A stretch of DNA of 46,082 nucleotides from contig JAUCBJ010007282.1 in the NCBI GenBank assembly GCA_032718475.1, positions 1 to 46,082 on the forward strand, given 5' to 3'. The notes beneath the pieces were generated by a model. It saw only the letters and a program-made list of their open reading frames with translations, ran no database searches and was not told where the DNA came from. Positions 1 through 11,900 of the stretch are shown piece by piece. A program made the translations under genes and the position numbers. The DNA comes from Nemertoderma westbladi. Lineage: Eukaryota > Animalia > Xenacoelomorpha. How positions within the stretch are numbered: the first letter of the stretch is position 1; each line of letters opens with the position of its first letter.

Positions 1-3000
1 ACATAACTCCGTTTAGGTCCGTGAACCCTTACCTGCACCACAGGAAACTCTCGGATCCCTACATTGGAAGATGGCTCTTTCCAAGATGGTTGTCGTTCGG
101 AAGTAGTTAGAGTGAAGTCGTTGTCTGTATCCTTTTCATAGGTGAGTGCTCGATACACTGCGGTATTTATCATATAACAGGATTCGTTTTCGTCGGAGAA
201 CTCGTCTGTATAGAATCCTTCCATCTCAGATTGATCAGTGTCGTTCACATCACTGAATTGGACATGTAGCTCGGAATCACTTACCTGATTCGGACTATTT
301 CGATCGAATTCAGCGTGCAACAAGATATGATGTTTCGCACCACACTTTGCACACCTTATGTCAGAGAAACAGGTTCGCCGTTGGTGTCCTTGTCTGAGGC
401 AATTATAACATAACCGCTTATCCCACATGACTTCGCGTCTCTCCGTTAATGATTTCTTTAGAAATTCATCACACCTATTCAAATGGTGGGTCCCGTCACA
501 CAGCGCACATTTTGGTTTGATGTTACTTACCTTATTCTGAGTCACATTGTGTACACTTGCCCTTTCTTCGGGCTTTCTCACCTGAATTCTCTTGGGAGAC
601 GTGGGAGGAGTTTTTCTTACCTGTTCCCTCCTGTCATTTGTTCGAGACTTGAATTTATTTACCTGATCTTTAGGCATTTTATTGACATAATAAGATCTAT
701 CAGTGTCCTTCCCGCTATCTTCTCCTTGAGAAGTCTGGCTTTCGCCGTCGTCTGTATAACACACTGGTGTTACCTTTCTCCTAGAGACAGGTTTTTCACT
801 TACCTTGTTTTCCGGTGTCTTCTCTCGGGACTGCTTGAGGAGTTGCAATTTCACTTCTCCATCCAAGAATGACATGAGATCAGCCATGGTAGGGTCTCGT
901 CGTTGTTGTTCCATCATATATAGTACTTTCTTATCCCAGCGTGTGCCTACCCCACCTTTAGGTAAAGTAGAAGCCACAGCTCCAATGACCATAGAACTTT
1001 GGTATTCATGAGACTTACCTAACCAATCTAATTGTCTACAGATCTCTTGAATCTCATCGGAAAACTCTATTATCCCACTGCTGATGAACTTTCTGGGCGC
1101 TACTAATTTTGCATATAAATACTTAGCGATATTATTCCTATTACCATACCTGATGTTTAGCGTGTCCCAAACTTGTCTTAATCCGTCTGGATGTCCAATA
1201 AACTTTAACGCCATTAACTTGGGAGATCCTTCCAAGCACTCGATGAGGTATCTAAGTTTTTCTCCATTAGATAGTACAGAGTTCTGTATGTTATCTTTGT
1301 AATATTCATTAAAAGGTAACCATTTCATCTCATCTCCATTGAATTTGACTATCTCTCCCACCTTCACCGATTGCCGGGCTTCGGTTCTAGCCATTTGACG
1401 CGTAAAACTTTCTTGGGCCATCGTGTTATTTAATATCGAGTTATCGGTATATAAATTTCTCGGATTATGATCAGGTCTATAGGGAATGTCATTATCAACA
1501 GGTCTATAATTACCCTTAATAGGGTTCACTATAGGAGTTTCTACTTCGCTAGCAGTATATATGCGTGTAGGCTCCACACCTTGCGCATGCGATACTTCAG
1601 ACCTAACAGGTTGACACATTGTTACAGAGGGTGGTGGTATACCCTTTTGGGTATTTACTAATTTATCGCGTTCAAGCGCGATACTTTGCTGCACTTCTTG
1701 CAACTCTAGCCTACTATCCCTTACTGTGCCCTTGAATTGCTGGACAGTCTCCTGCATCTGCCCGAGCAGGATATCCATCCCCCGCCGTCTCTCGTCCACC
1801 CATTCGACCGCCGAAGCGGGAGTCGCCAACGTTGTAGCGGGCGGACGAGGGACAACGGGCGACAAATTGTGAATATTTCGCTCGGGGTCCAGGACCTGAA
1901 CTGTCTCCTGGGCAGTTCTGCGGGGCACAGGTAGCTTAGTGCTATGCAGAGGGAATTTAGAGGTAGTTTCAGGGAGCACAGGTGTGTCTATCACCGAAGG
2001 GGTGATTTCAAGAACAGGCCTAATTATTTCAGGCTCATCTACTATAGTAGGGAGTCTTTCTATTTTAATTATTTGGTCTGTGGGCTCTGTACTACCTAAG
2101 TTGGTGTTATTTAGTTGCCTTCTAACAGCTGGAGGCAAATCAGGCAATTTCTGACGGTGGAATGTTCTTTTACGTCTACTTAGACGAGATCTATTTCCCT
2201 TGCCTTCAGTATTGGTGGTATCGCCTTCCTCAGATGATGTATATCCCTGTCTTTTGGGAGTAGATCGATTCATCATCTGCATATTACTAGCTGTTAACTG
2301 TTTATTTATGCAGTCTTGATTCTCCTGAATGTTTTCCAATTCTAATTGGGTGGTTTCTTCAGCCGCTCTCCGTTCTGCTTCTACCACTGCCTCCGCCACT
2401 TTTCTTTCCGCTTCGGCCGCTGCCTTTGCCTCTGCCGCTGCCACCTTTGCCTCTGCCGCTGCCTCTTTTGCCTCTGCCACTGCCTCTGCCGCTGCCGCTT
2501 TTCTTTCTGCTTCTGCAGCTGCCACTGCTGCTGCTACTGCCGCTGCCTTTCTGTCTTCTATACGTTTTTTCTTTACTTGTTCTTCTTGGACTCTGGTGAT
2601 GCGGAGTTGTTCATCAAATTTAGCCTGGTTCACAGCCCTCATTTCCACATCGATGGCATCCAACACAAGCTTGGTTCCTTCACTATTAGGGCTAAGTCCC
2701 TCTAACCTTCTCCTCAACTCGTCATCACCTAAAAAACGTTGATAGTCTGACAGATAGATGTCAATGGCATCCCTCTTATGCGGTTTCTCTGCCGTCGCTT
2801 CACTTTCCACTTGGGAAAAAGTAGCGTCTGTTGATTCTCCATGGGTTGAGCGCTCCTCTAGCTGAGCTTTCCACTGAGCTGCTCCTTGAACCTGGCGACT
2901 CACCCGTTGAAACCAAGTTTTTACGGCAACTTGCAACGACGTGTCTTGTTTTCTTTTAGAAGCCTCCTCAAAGGCGGATAAGATTAGCCTAATCCGCAAA

Positions 3001-3722
3001 ACTCTTTCTCTAACTTGATAAAGCAGCGATCCCTGCTCTTGAGGTCCTTGAGGTTGTTGAAAAAGTTGCTTTTCTACTCGCTCCATAGAGCTGAAGAATC
3101 CCTGTGCGTATCCGGCTGCGGACCTCTTCCACACAGCTGGATCGATGGTTTCCTTGGCTACTCCCATCCGGTGTATGTCTTCCCAGGCAGCTTCTGATAA
3201 ATCAAACGGGAGTCCGGGTCCGGGGAAGTTCCATTGCGACTCGACAATAGACTTCAGTTCTTCACTCGAGTATCCCGCGTAACTATCTCTAGTTGACCGT
3301 TGACTTCTCGCCCAATCGATCTGGTGTTCTTCCACCGCGATCAATAACCCAGCGAGCACGGCTGCAGGAAGGATGAGAAGGGGATCCGTATAAACCGCAT
3401 CCGTCATCTCTGCTCCGCGCTCGGGTGTCAGCTCTACAGTATCCTCACTACTGGAGCTGCTGGGCCGCTGATGAATAAGTTCTTGACTAGCGGGTTGTTG
3501 CTGTTCCGCTGCTTGTTGGTCCCGCTTGACCTGAGCTCGGGTGCCTATGATAGACCTACGATGTTGGACTAGCCTAGGTTCTGTTATTACTACTGGAGGG
3601 ATGACCTTCCTCACAGTGGGAGGTGAACTGAACTTACGACCAGACGGTTGTACGTCTCGATCTGAGTTGCAGATAGTTACATCTAATAAACTGTCTGACA
3701 GGTTCTGCTTAGTATCAGACAT
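1..3722 (-). CDS. Bel/Pao Gag(-Pol) polyprotein, >1240 codons, open to the window edge (absent from ORF track because no stop lies in the window)
   Basis: ATG at 3722 gives MSDTKQNLSDSLLDV..., matching MADTRQTLSDSLLET of copy B. The window edge reads ...GIREFPVVQVRVHGPKRSY in the same frame (3722-5 is divisible by 3), just before the protease DSG motif. The ORF track lists no stop-terminated minus ORF in this interval. Confidence 0.9.
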   Translation of the reverse strand, partial: MSDTKQNLSDSLLDVTICNSDRDVQPSGRKFSSPPTVRKVIPPVVITEPRLVQHRRSIIGTRAQVKRDQQAAEQQQPASQELIHQRPSSSSSEDTVELTPERGAEMTDAVYTDPLLILPAAVLAGLLIAVEEHQIDWARSQRSTRDSYAGYSSEELKSIVESQWNFPGPGLPFDLSEAAWEDIHRMGVAKETIDPAVWKRSAAGYAQGFFSSMERVEKQLFQQPQGPQEQGSLLYQVRERVLRIRLILSAFEEASKRKQDTSLQVAVKTWFQRVSRQVQGAAQWKAQLEERSTHGESTDATFSQVESEATAEKPHKRDAIDIYLSDYQRFLGDDELRRRLEGLSPNSEGTKLVLDAIDVEMRAVNQAKFDEQLRITRVQEEQVKKKRIEDRKAAAVAAAVAAAEAERKAAAAEAVAEAKEAAAEAKVAAAEAKAAAEAERKVAEAVVEAERRAAEETTQLELENIQENQDCINKQLTASNMQMMNRSTPKRQGYTSSEEGDTTNTEGKGNRSRLSRRKRTFHRQKLPDLPPAVRRQLNNTNLGSTEPTDQIIKIERLPTIVDEPEIIRPVLEITPSVIDTPVLPETTSKFPLHSTKLPVPRRTAQETVQVLDPERNIHNLSPVVPRPPATTLATPASAVEWVDERRRGMDILLGQMQETVQQFKGTVRDSRLELQEVQQSIALERDKLVNTQKGIPPPSVTMCQPVRSEVSHAQGVEPTRIYTASEVETPIVNPIKGNYRPVDNDIPYRPDHNPRNLYTDNSILNNTMAQESFTRQMARTEARQSVKVGEIVKFNGDEMKWLPFNEYYKDNIQNSVLSNGEKLRYLIECLEGSPKLMALKFIGHPDGLRQVWDTLNIRYGNRNNIAKYLYAKLVAPRKFISSGIIEFSDEIQEICRQLDWLGKSHEYQSSMVIGAVASTLPKGGVGTRWDKKVLYMMEQQRRDPTMADLMSFLDGEVKLQLLKQSREKTPENKVSEKPVSRRKVTPVCYTDDGESQTSQGEDSGKDTDRSYYVNKMPKDQVNKFKSRTNDRREQVRKTPPTSPKRIQVRKPEERASVHNVTQNKVSNIKPKCALCDGTHHLNRCDEFLKKSLTERREVMWDKRLCYNCLRQGHQRRTCFSDIRCAKCGAKHHILLHAEFDRNSPNQVSDSELHVQFSDVNDTDQSEMEGFYTDEFSDENESCYMINTAVYRALTYEKDTDNDFTLTTSERQPSWKEPSSNVGIREFPVVQVRVHGPKRSY

Positions 3723-3854
3723 GACTAGGTATGTACAGTTGAATGCCTACTGCTATATTACAGTCTAAGCAAGTCTAGTGACTCAGTATTAACTGCTAGC
3801 CTAGTAATTAATTACCGTTACTGCTACTCAGTGTAGCGTGATATATAATATATT

Positions 3855-4100
3855 ATAATACCGGTATGCTTATAGTATAGATAACTATTATTACAGACTA
3901 GGTTTATCACCGAATACCGGTATAATTTTAGCACAAATATATATAAATATATAATAGGCCTATCTGGAATACCGGTATACAGCTTACAGTTTGTAGGATA
4001 TATAATTCTGAAATAGAATTAATTACACGTACCGGTATAATTTCAGCCTAGATTTATAGAAATAAAGATAATAGGCCTATCGTAAATACCGGTATATCAA
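3855..4100. repeat. Degenerate repeats with TACCGGTA palindromes in the copy A leader (mirrored at ~8560-8815 in copy B)
   Basis: TACCGGTAT recurs about every 55-60 bp; TACCGGTATAATTT...ATAATAGGCCTATC occurs twice ~115 bp apart. Confidence 0.7.
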
Positions 4101-5074
4101 TTATTTTAAAATAACTGAATTTCTGAATTTCAAGGGTTACTTGGTTACTTTACTTACTTTATTACCGTTATTTGAGCAGTAATCCAACTGATATTGAGAC
4201 CTAATGGTTGTATGGTAGGCCTACTATTTATAAATCGTTAGATTTGATTTATAATATATATATACCCGTTTTAATGGGTTTTGTCTATGTTTGAAATAAA
4301 TGTTATTATTTCTGGAGAGTAATCACTACACAAAGCGGTGCGCTTTCAGTGAAGTGTTACTGATAGGACACTAAAACAAATAATACTAATTTACCTAAGT
4401 TACTTAATACTACAAATTACGTACAAGTCGGGTTGAGATTACAATCTCTAAATAAACACAAAAATTTACAAAAACACAAATACGAATTTTCAGGGTAATT
4501 TTACAAGAAGTCTACAAACCAGCCTAACAAAGGGTTAGAAAACTGGTTATTACAGTGGACAGGGTACTGCGGTATTTGAAATAATAAGTAGTAGTAAATA
4601 CACTGCGTTGTCCAGATAGGAAAATACCACCGCCTGACGACCTATAGCCGTATCGCTATAGGTTCTACGTTATGTATCACGGAGTGTTCCTACCTAGAAG
4701 TTAATAGAGCTAATCGAACGTGCCTATCAACCACTTTACAACACAAATATAATGCCTACACTAATTACTTCGGAAAGTACTGTACACTAAACCCTAAATT
4801 AGGTACGAGTACTTGTACAACAAATAATCAGTAGTTAAATATACTTGAACAACTAAAAGAACCACGGCATCTGCTGGAGTGACCGATGCACAAAATCACC
4901 AGTCTTTACCTACGCCGAGCAGCCCGTGTAGTACCGGGGTTAATTTAACTATAGCGGTATGTATAACAAACACAATTACTGTAGGAACAAACTTGGGGAA
5001 TGAATGTTGCGGATAATCGCATAAACTCTGAATAATAAATATTACGCTACGCGTACAAACTACTCAAACAAAAT

Positions 5075-5630
5075 ACAGACCGAACACTGACAGACTACTA
5101 TCAAGCCTAAACAAACTACGGTATATGCAGACTCCGAAATGATTAGGGAGTATGCGCTCTAACCCAGTAGTGCGACTTATTCTTTAGTTGGGGGTTTACC
5201 TTACAGCGTTCGCTGCCCCTACTGCCTAACCGTACTTAATCGGACAGATGATCTACACACGCGGCAATCCGCTCAGACCTAATAACAGCCAGACAACTAT
5301 CCAGCCTACAAATTATCTAAATAAAATTATACGTTACCCGTACAGACTCACACAAACAAAGTACAGACTAAACGATGGCAGACTACTCTCAAGCCTAAAT
5401 AAACTACAGGACATGCAGACTCCGAAATGATTAGGGAGTATGCGTTCTAACCCAGTAGTACGACTTATTCTTTAATTGGGGGTTTACCTTACAGCATTCG
5501 CTGCCCCTACTTCCTAACCGTACTTAATCGGACAGGTGATCTACACACACTGCAATCCGTTCAGACTTAACAGCAATCAGACAACAGCTCAGCCTACAAA
5601 TTGTCTGTACAATCTGATCAGGCTTACACG
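5075..5630. repeat. ~288-bp tandem duplication in the copy A leader
   Basis: GACTCCGAAATGATTAGGGAGTATGCG at ~5130 and ~5418, with continued similarity through GGGGGTTTACCTTACAGC and CTTAATCGGACAG. Confidence 0.9.
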
Positions 5631-5779
5631 CCTTCTGTTCAATACTGGCCTACAAACAAATAAAACTTGACAGAAATAAGTAAAATCTCAATAAAAAACC
5701 AGGGCGGCCGTTCCCTGATTAAATACTAAGACCTACTGGTATACAACAATCAAATCGAATAATACTAATGTACTTATAC

Positions 5780-5930
5780 GGGAAGTACCGGTTAGGACAG
5801 TTAGGCCTACGGACCTACAGAAGTACCGGTTCTGGCAGTTGGACCTACGGGCCTACGGCAGTACCGGTTCTGGCAGTTGGGCCTACTGACCTACAGATGT
5901 ACCGTTCAGGTTTACCGGTTGACCGGTACT
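5780..5930. repeat. ~38-bp tandem repeat (AGTACCGGTTCTGGCAGTTGGRCCTAC...) just downstream of the copy A primer site
   Basis: AGTACCGGTT at ~5784, 5822 and 5860, plus a degenerate fourth unit. Confidence 0.8.
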
Positions 5931-5960
5931 TTCAACTTTATTGCTTACTGCAATAAAGAA

Positions 5961-5975
5961 ACATATATCCTTTAA
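5961..5975 (-). promoter_or_regulatory. Non-tRNA primer-binding position (sense TTAAAGGATATATGT), complementary to LTR-internal 6716-6730
   Basis: Abuts the LTR 3' end at 5976, lacks the TGG start of tRNA PBSs, and forms a perfect 15-bp inverted repeat with 6716-6730. Confidence 0.65.
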
Positions 5976-7167
5976 TGTTCGCGCTTTCAGACCTTTGGCA
6001 GTTTAACCCACCAAATTAAGATGTCTTCTAGATATTAAATCGGTTTTTAGTCTATGACAAGTATTTGATTCACTACACTAGTCGAAACCAATCTGTGCGC
6101 GATCATTCACCCGCTGGATATTCCCGGGAGATTGGGTTCGACGGTTTAATTTTATTGCTATATAAGCCTAATGTATTATTCGACTGACAGTATTATATAA
6201 TCTCTGACAATATTATTCACCTTCGGGAATATTAACAGTTCCTTTAGGACGTGGCACTTTATCTATATAAACAGAGTTATGACTTAAAATACTCACAACG
6301 ATATGGCTCAATTATAATTCACATATATGGCGCATTCTTTAGGAATTGCTTCTTTAACAGACTCACTCATACACAATGCTGCACAATACTGCACACTAAT
6401 CTGCCAATCTTCACTGATTTTAGTCACATATAAAAGGAACACAGACTGACTCATGTAGGGTCTATCAAATAACATTAGATTCACTTCAAACCACTTTAAC
6501 ATAAGTCACAATCGTTATTGGTAACCTTTCTCTCTTACCTTCGGTATATCAAGAATATTGGGTTTCGGGGTTATTTATCGTTATTCCAAATATAATAATT
6601 CATCAACCATATTATGAAGAACTGACAGTAAATAGCAGTATAAAACAACAATGAAAACACTGATTGTTATGAGTTTGCAATGTTTCAGCAGTCAGTATGT
6701 ATGATCAGTTAGCAGTTAAAGGATATATGTCCTTATAATTAAACCTACTAGTGTAAGACTAAAAACTGAAACACGGAGGTGCCAAAAGCCGGTTCTTAGG
6801 CTCTGGGCAAAAACATAACACTGAACTACTGAGTTTCTGTATATACCTCCAACACAGAGACAACAAACGCTCTGATTGGTCAACCTGAACAACGAGAGAA
6901 CAAAGAAACAAAGAAACGTCGACGTGGCAATATCAGCTGCTAGCCGTCGTCATGGTAGCGACACTGTTTTCAAGAGTATCGAGCTTTTACGTCACAGAAT
7001 TACGGATTATGTCCTCTAAAGTACAAATACAGAAGAAATAGCTTTTATGTCCGCTAAAACACCAGTACAGCAAGGACACGGCCTTTTTATGCCTGGTAAA
7101 CCAACTACAGAGTATTTTACGGGAAAATAAGGAAAAATAACCGGACAATTCAGCAAAAGCTTTTACA
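5976..7167 (-). repeat. 5' LTR of copy A (~1192 bp; TGTAAAAGCTT...GCGCGAACA)
   Basis: Termini match those of 16226-17347 (TGTAAAAGCTT...GCGCGTACA). Shared blocks include ATTCACCCGCTGGATA and AATATTAACAGTTCCTTTAGGACGTGGC. Confidence 0.9.
6819..6881 (-). promoter_or_regulatory. Candidate LTR core promoter: CCAAT box, TATA-like TATATACA, TCAGT initiator
   Basis: Sense strand reads GACCAATCAGA (~6875), GGTATATACAG (~6843) and TTCAGTG (~6822) in canonical order. Motif-only evidence. Confidence 0.45.
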
Positions 7168-7319
7168 TAAGGCGTTATGATTCTGGGCTACCCTACCACT
7201 AGTCAAGTCACTAGACTGCTAGACCAGTAGATAGACAGTCAAACAGCCATAGCCTTGTAGCTGACTGATAGCTTAGCCAGGCTGTCTGCAGTACCGTTAC
7301 TGCAGTAGGCTTCAATTTT

Positions 7320-7444
7320 AACAGCAGCCAATCATTTTAAAAAACACCGGCACCGGCAATGTTTTTGCCGGTGCAGGTGCCGGTGCCGGTGGTGCCAAAC
7401 ACCGGCAATACCGGTGCCGGTGCCGGTGCACCGATCGAACCCTA
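7320..7444 (-). mobile_element. Solo terminus of a hAT-like non-autonomous DNA transposon, at the point where copy B is 5'-truncated
   Basis: Minus strand starts TAGGGTTCGATCGGTGCACCGGCACCGGCACCGG with many CACCGG subterminal repeats. Copy A/B homology starts immediately after. No partner TIR seen. Confidence 0.5.
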
Positions 7445-8945
7445 GCGGTAAGGTCAATCCCCTCTTAAAGAATAAGTCGTACTACCGTGTTAGAACGCAT
7501 ACTAACTAACTATTTCAGAATCTACACGTACGGTAGTTTATTTAGGCTTGGTGGTAGTCTGCCAGCGTTTTGGTTTGTATTTGTTTGGGTATTCTGTACG
7601 GGTAGCGTAATATTTATTATTCAGAGTTTATGCGATTATTCGCAACATTCATGTCCCCAAGTTTATTCCTACAGTAATTGTGTTTGTTACACATACCGTT
7701 ATAGTTAAATTAACCCCGGTACTACACGGGCTGCTTGGCGTAGGTAAAGACTGGTGACTTTGTGCTTCGGTCACTCCAGCAGATGCCGTGGTTCTTTTAA
7801 CTGTTCAAGTATATTTAACTACTGATTATTTGTTATACCGGTACTTGTACCTAATTTAGGGTTTAGTGTACAGTGCTTTCGGAAGTAATTAGTGTGTAGG
7901 CAGTATATTTGTGTTGTAAAGTGGTTAATAGGCACGCTGGATCTGGTAGTCCGCGGTAATTAACTTCTAGGTAGGAACAATCCGTGATACATAACGTAGT
8001 ACCTATAGCGATACGGTTATAGGTCGTCAGGCGGTGGTATTTTCCTATCTGGACAACGCAGTGTATTTACTACTACTTATTATTTTCAAATACCGTAGTA
8101 CCCTGTCCATTGTAATAACCAGAATTCTAACCCTTTGTTAGGCTGGTTTGTAGACTTCCTGTAAAATTACCCTAAAAATTCGTACGTAATATTTTTGTTG
8201 TGTTTAACTAGAGATTTAATCTCACCCGTATCGTAAGTAATTTGTAGTATTAAGTAACTTAGGTAAATTAGAATTATCTGTTTTAGTGTCCCATAGGTAG
8301 CACTTCACTGAGAGCGCACAGCTTCTGTGTAGTGACTCCCCCAGAAATAATAACATTTATTTCAAATATTGACAAAACCCTTTTAAACGGGTATATAAAT
8401 ATTATAAATCAACTCAAACGATTTATAAATAGTAGGCCTGCCATACAACAACTAGGTCTCAATATCAGTTGGACTGCTGCTTAAATAACGGTAATAAAGT
8501 AAGTTAAAGTAACCAAGTAACCCTAAAATATTCAGAAATTCAATTATTCTAAAATAATTGACATACCGGTATTTACCATAGGCTTATTATATTTATTTCT
8601 ATAAATTTGAGCTGAAATCATACCGGTATTCTGTAATTAATTCTAGTAATAATTATACTTATATATACTATAAGTGTCAGCTGTATACCGGTATTCACGA
8701 TAGGCCTATTATATATTTATATATATTTGTGCTAAAATTATATACCGGTACTCTGTGACAAATCTAGTCTGTAATAATACTTATATATATATTATAAGCA
8801 TACCGGTATTCTAATATATTATATATATATCACGCTACACTGAGTAGCAGTATCGGTAATTAATTATTAGGCTAACAGTGATACTGAATTACTAGACTTG
8901 CTTTAACTGTAATATAGCAGTAGGCATTCGACTGTACAATCAAAC

Positions 8946-11900
8946 ATGGCTGACACAAGGCAAACTCTGTCAGATAGTCTCCTAGAAACAACAGCCTGTT
9001 TCTCAGATCAAAGTGTAGAGAATCCCAGACCGAGGTCTGAAACCCCTCATACTGTAAGAAGGGCAACCCCTGCAGTGGTTGTGTCAGAACCTAGGTTGGT
9101 AGAAAAGATTTCGCAATTTGCGAAGTTAGTGAAGCGCCGTTGGTCTGCCATAGGCACTCGGGCCCAAGTCAAGCGGGATCAAGAAGAAGCTATAAAACAG
9201 CAGCAACCTCCTAGCCAAGAACCTAGTTCTCAGCGGCCCGATAGCTCCAGTAGTTCGGATACTGTTGAGCGGACGCCCGAACGCGGAGCGAAGATGGCGG
9301 ATACGGTTTATGATGAGCGGCCAACCTATGAAGAATCAACCGACGCCACTTCTTCTCAAGTGGAAAGTGAGGTGGAAAGCGAAGTGGAAAGTGAGGTGGA
9401 AAGTGAAGTGGAAAGCGAGGTGGAAAGCGAAGTGGAAAGCGAATTAACATCAGCAGAGAAGCCGCAAACTAGAGACGCTATCGACATTTATTTGTCCGAC
9501 TATCAGCGATTCCTAGGAGACGAAGAGTTGAGGAGACGGCTGTCTGGACTTTCCCCTAATAGTGAAGGAACCAAGCTTGTGTTGGACTCAATCGATGCCG
9601 AAATGTTAGCTGCAAACCAAGCTGAATGTGATGAAAAACTCCGCCTCACTAGAGTCCGAGAAGAACAAGTAAAGAAAGAATGGATAGAGAAAAGAAAGGT
9701 GGCAGCGGCAGCGGCGGCAGAAGCAGAAGCCGAAAGAAAGTCGGCAGAAGCAGAAAGAAAAGCAGCAGTGGCAGAAGCAGAACGGAGAGCTTCTGAGGAG
9801 ACTATCCAACTAGAGTTGGAAAATCTGCAAGAGACGCAAGACAGTATAAATAAACAGTTTACTGCTAATCAAATGCAGATGATGAGAAAATCTACTCCCA
9901 AGCGCCAGGGGTACACATCCTCGGAGGAAGGCGAGACCACCGATCCTGAAGGCGGAGGAAATAGATCTCATCTAAGTAGGCGTAGAAAAACATCTTACCG
10001 TCGCAAATTGCCTGATTTGCCCCCAGCTGTTAGAAGACAGCTAGCTAGCACAGACTTGAGTAGTATAGAACCTACAGCCCAAAGTATTAAGGTCCAAAGA
10101 CTCCCTACAATAGTTGATGAGCCTGAGATAATTAGGCCTGTCGTTCCCAAAGTCACTTCTGTGTTAGAGACCCCTGTACTTCCAGAGCTTAACTCTAAAT
10201 TCCCTTTGCATAGTACTACACTGCCTGTACCCGGTGGAACAGTCCAAGAGAATATCCCTGTCCAGATAGCAGACAGAGAAATCAAAAATTTGTCTCCCGT
10301 CGTCCCGCGTCAGCCCGCTACTATGTTGGCGACTCCCGCTTCGGCGGTTGAGTGGGTGGAAGAGGGACGGCGGGGGATGAATCTCCTGCTAGGACAGATG
10401 CAGGAGACTGTCCACCAACTTAAGGGAACAGTGAGGGAAGGTAGAGCAGAGTTGCAAGAAGTGCAGCAAAGTATCGCGCTAGAACGCGACAAATTAGTCA
10501 ATATACAAAAGGGCATACCAATACCCCCTGTAACATTGTGTCAACCTGTTAGGTCTGAAGTATTACATGCGCAAGGTGTGGAGCCTACACGCATCTATAC
10601 TGCTAGTGAAGTTGAAACTCCTATAGCAAACCCTATTAAGGGTGATTATAGACCTGTTATTAATGATATTCCCTATAGACCTGATAATGATCCGAGAACT
10701 TTATATACCGATAATTCGATATTAAATAACACGATGGCCCAAGAAAGCTTTACGCGTCAGATGGCTAGAACAGAAGCCCGCCAAGCGGTCAAAGTGGGAG
10801 AGATCGTCAAATTCAATGGAGATGAGATGAAATGGTTACCTTTCAATGAATATTACAAAGATAGCATACAGAACTCTGTACTATCTAACGGAGAGAAACT
10901 TAGATTCCTCATCAAGTGCTTGGAAGGACCTCCCAAGTTAATGGCGTTAAAGTTTATTGGACATCCAGATGGATTAAGACAAGTTTGGGATACATTAAAC
11001 ATCAGGTATGGTAACAAGGATAACATAGCTAAGTATTTGTATGCAAAATTAGTAGCCCCCCGACACTTCCTTAGTAGCGGGATTATAGAGTTTTCCGATG
11101 AAATTCAAGAGATCTGTAGACAACTGGACTGGTTAGGTAAGTCGCATGAATATCAGAGTTCCATGGTCATTGGAGCCGTAGTCTCTACTTTACCAAAGGG
11201 TGGAGTATGTACGCGCTGGGACAAGAAAGTGTTGTACATGAATGAACAACAACGACGAAGTCCTACCATGGCTGATCTCATGTCCTTCTTAGATAGTGAA
11301 GTAAAATTACAACTCATAAGGCAGTCCAGAGAGAAAACATCGGAAAATAAGGTAAGTGAGAAACCCGTTTCTAGGAGAAGGATAATACCAGTGTGTTATA
11401 CTGACGACGGCGAAAGCCAAGCTTCTCAAGAAGAGGACAGCGGGAAAGACACAGCAAAATCTTACTATGACAACAAGACCTATAAAGACGTAAGTAAATA
11501 CAAGTCTCGAACCAGTGACAGGAGAGAACAGGTAACAACAACTCCTCCTACGTCTCCTAAGAGAATTCACGGAAGAAAGCCCGAAGAAAGAACGAGAGTG
11601 CAGAACGTTAACCAAGTTAAGGTGAGTAACATCAAACCAAAATGTGCGCTGTGCGACGGGCCCCACCGTTTGAGTGCGTGTGCTGAATTTCTAAAGAAAT
11701 CCCTTGTAGACAGACGTACAGTCCTGTGGAATAAGCGGTTATGCTATAATTGCCTCAGATCAGGACACCAACGGCGAACCTGTTACTCCGACATAAAGTG
11801 TGCAAAGTGTGGCGCGAAACATCACATCTTGTTACACAGTGAGTTCGAACGAAACAACCAGAGTCAGGTAAGTGAGCCCGAACTACATGTCCAATTCAGT

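Larger units (their letters stand above)
1..7167 (-). mobile_element. Bel/Pao LTR retrotransposon, copy A (5' LTR, long leader, gag-pol; 3' part lies left of the window)
   Basis: Reverse complement of 1-~5210 aligns with 7446-~12155 (copy B). 5976-7167 is homologous to the LTR at 16226-17347, with TGT...ACA termini. Confidence 0.92.

Noticed and set aside
2859-3389. Copy A extra segment as an intron spliced out of copy B
   Set aside because: The segment starts ACG, not GT; the nearby GTTTAT is retained in copy B.
483-3768. Short plus-strand ORFs here, and minus-strand ORFs in 8872-12560
   Set aside because: Antisense shadows of the two gag ORFs.
5961-6730. TTAAAGG motifs as Kolobok/piggyBac-like transposon termini
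   Set aside because: The ends would face away from each other, identity stops at 15 bp, no partner ends were seen, and one copy abuts the LTR terminus exactly. Disfavoured but not formally excluded.
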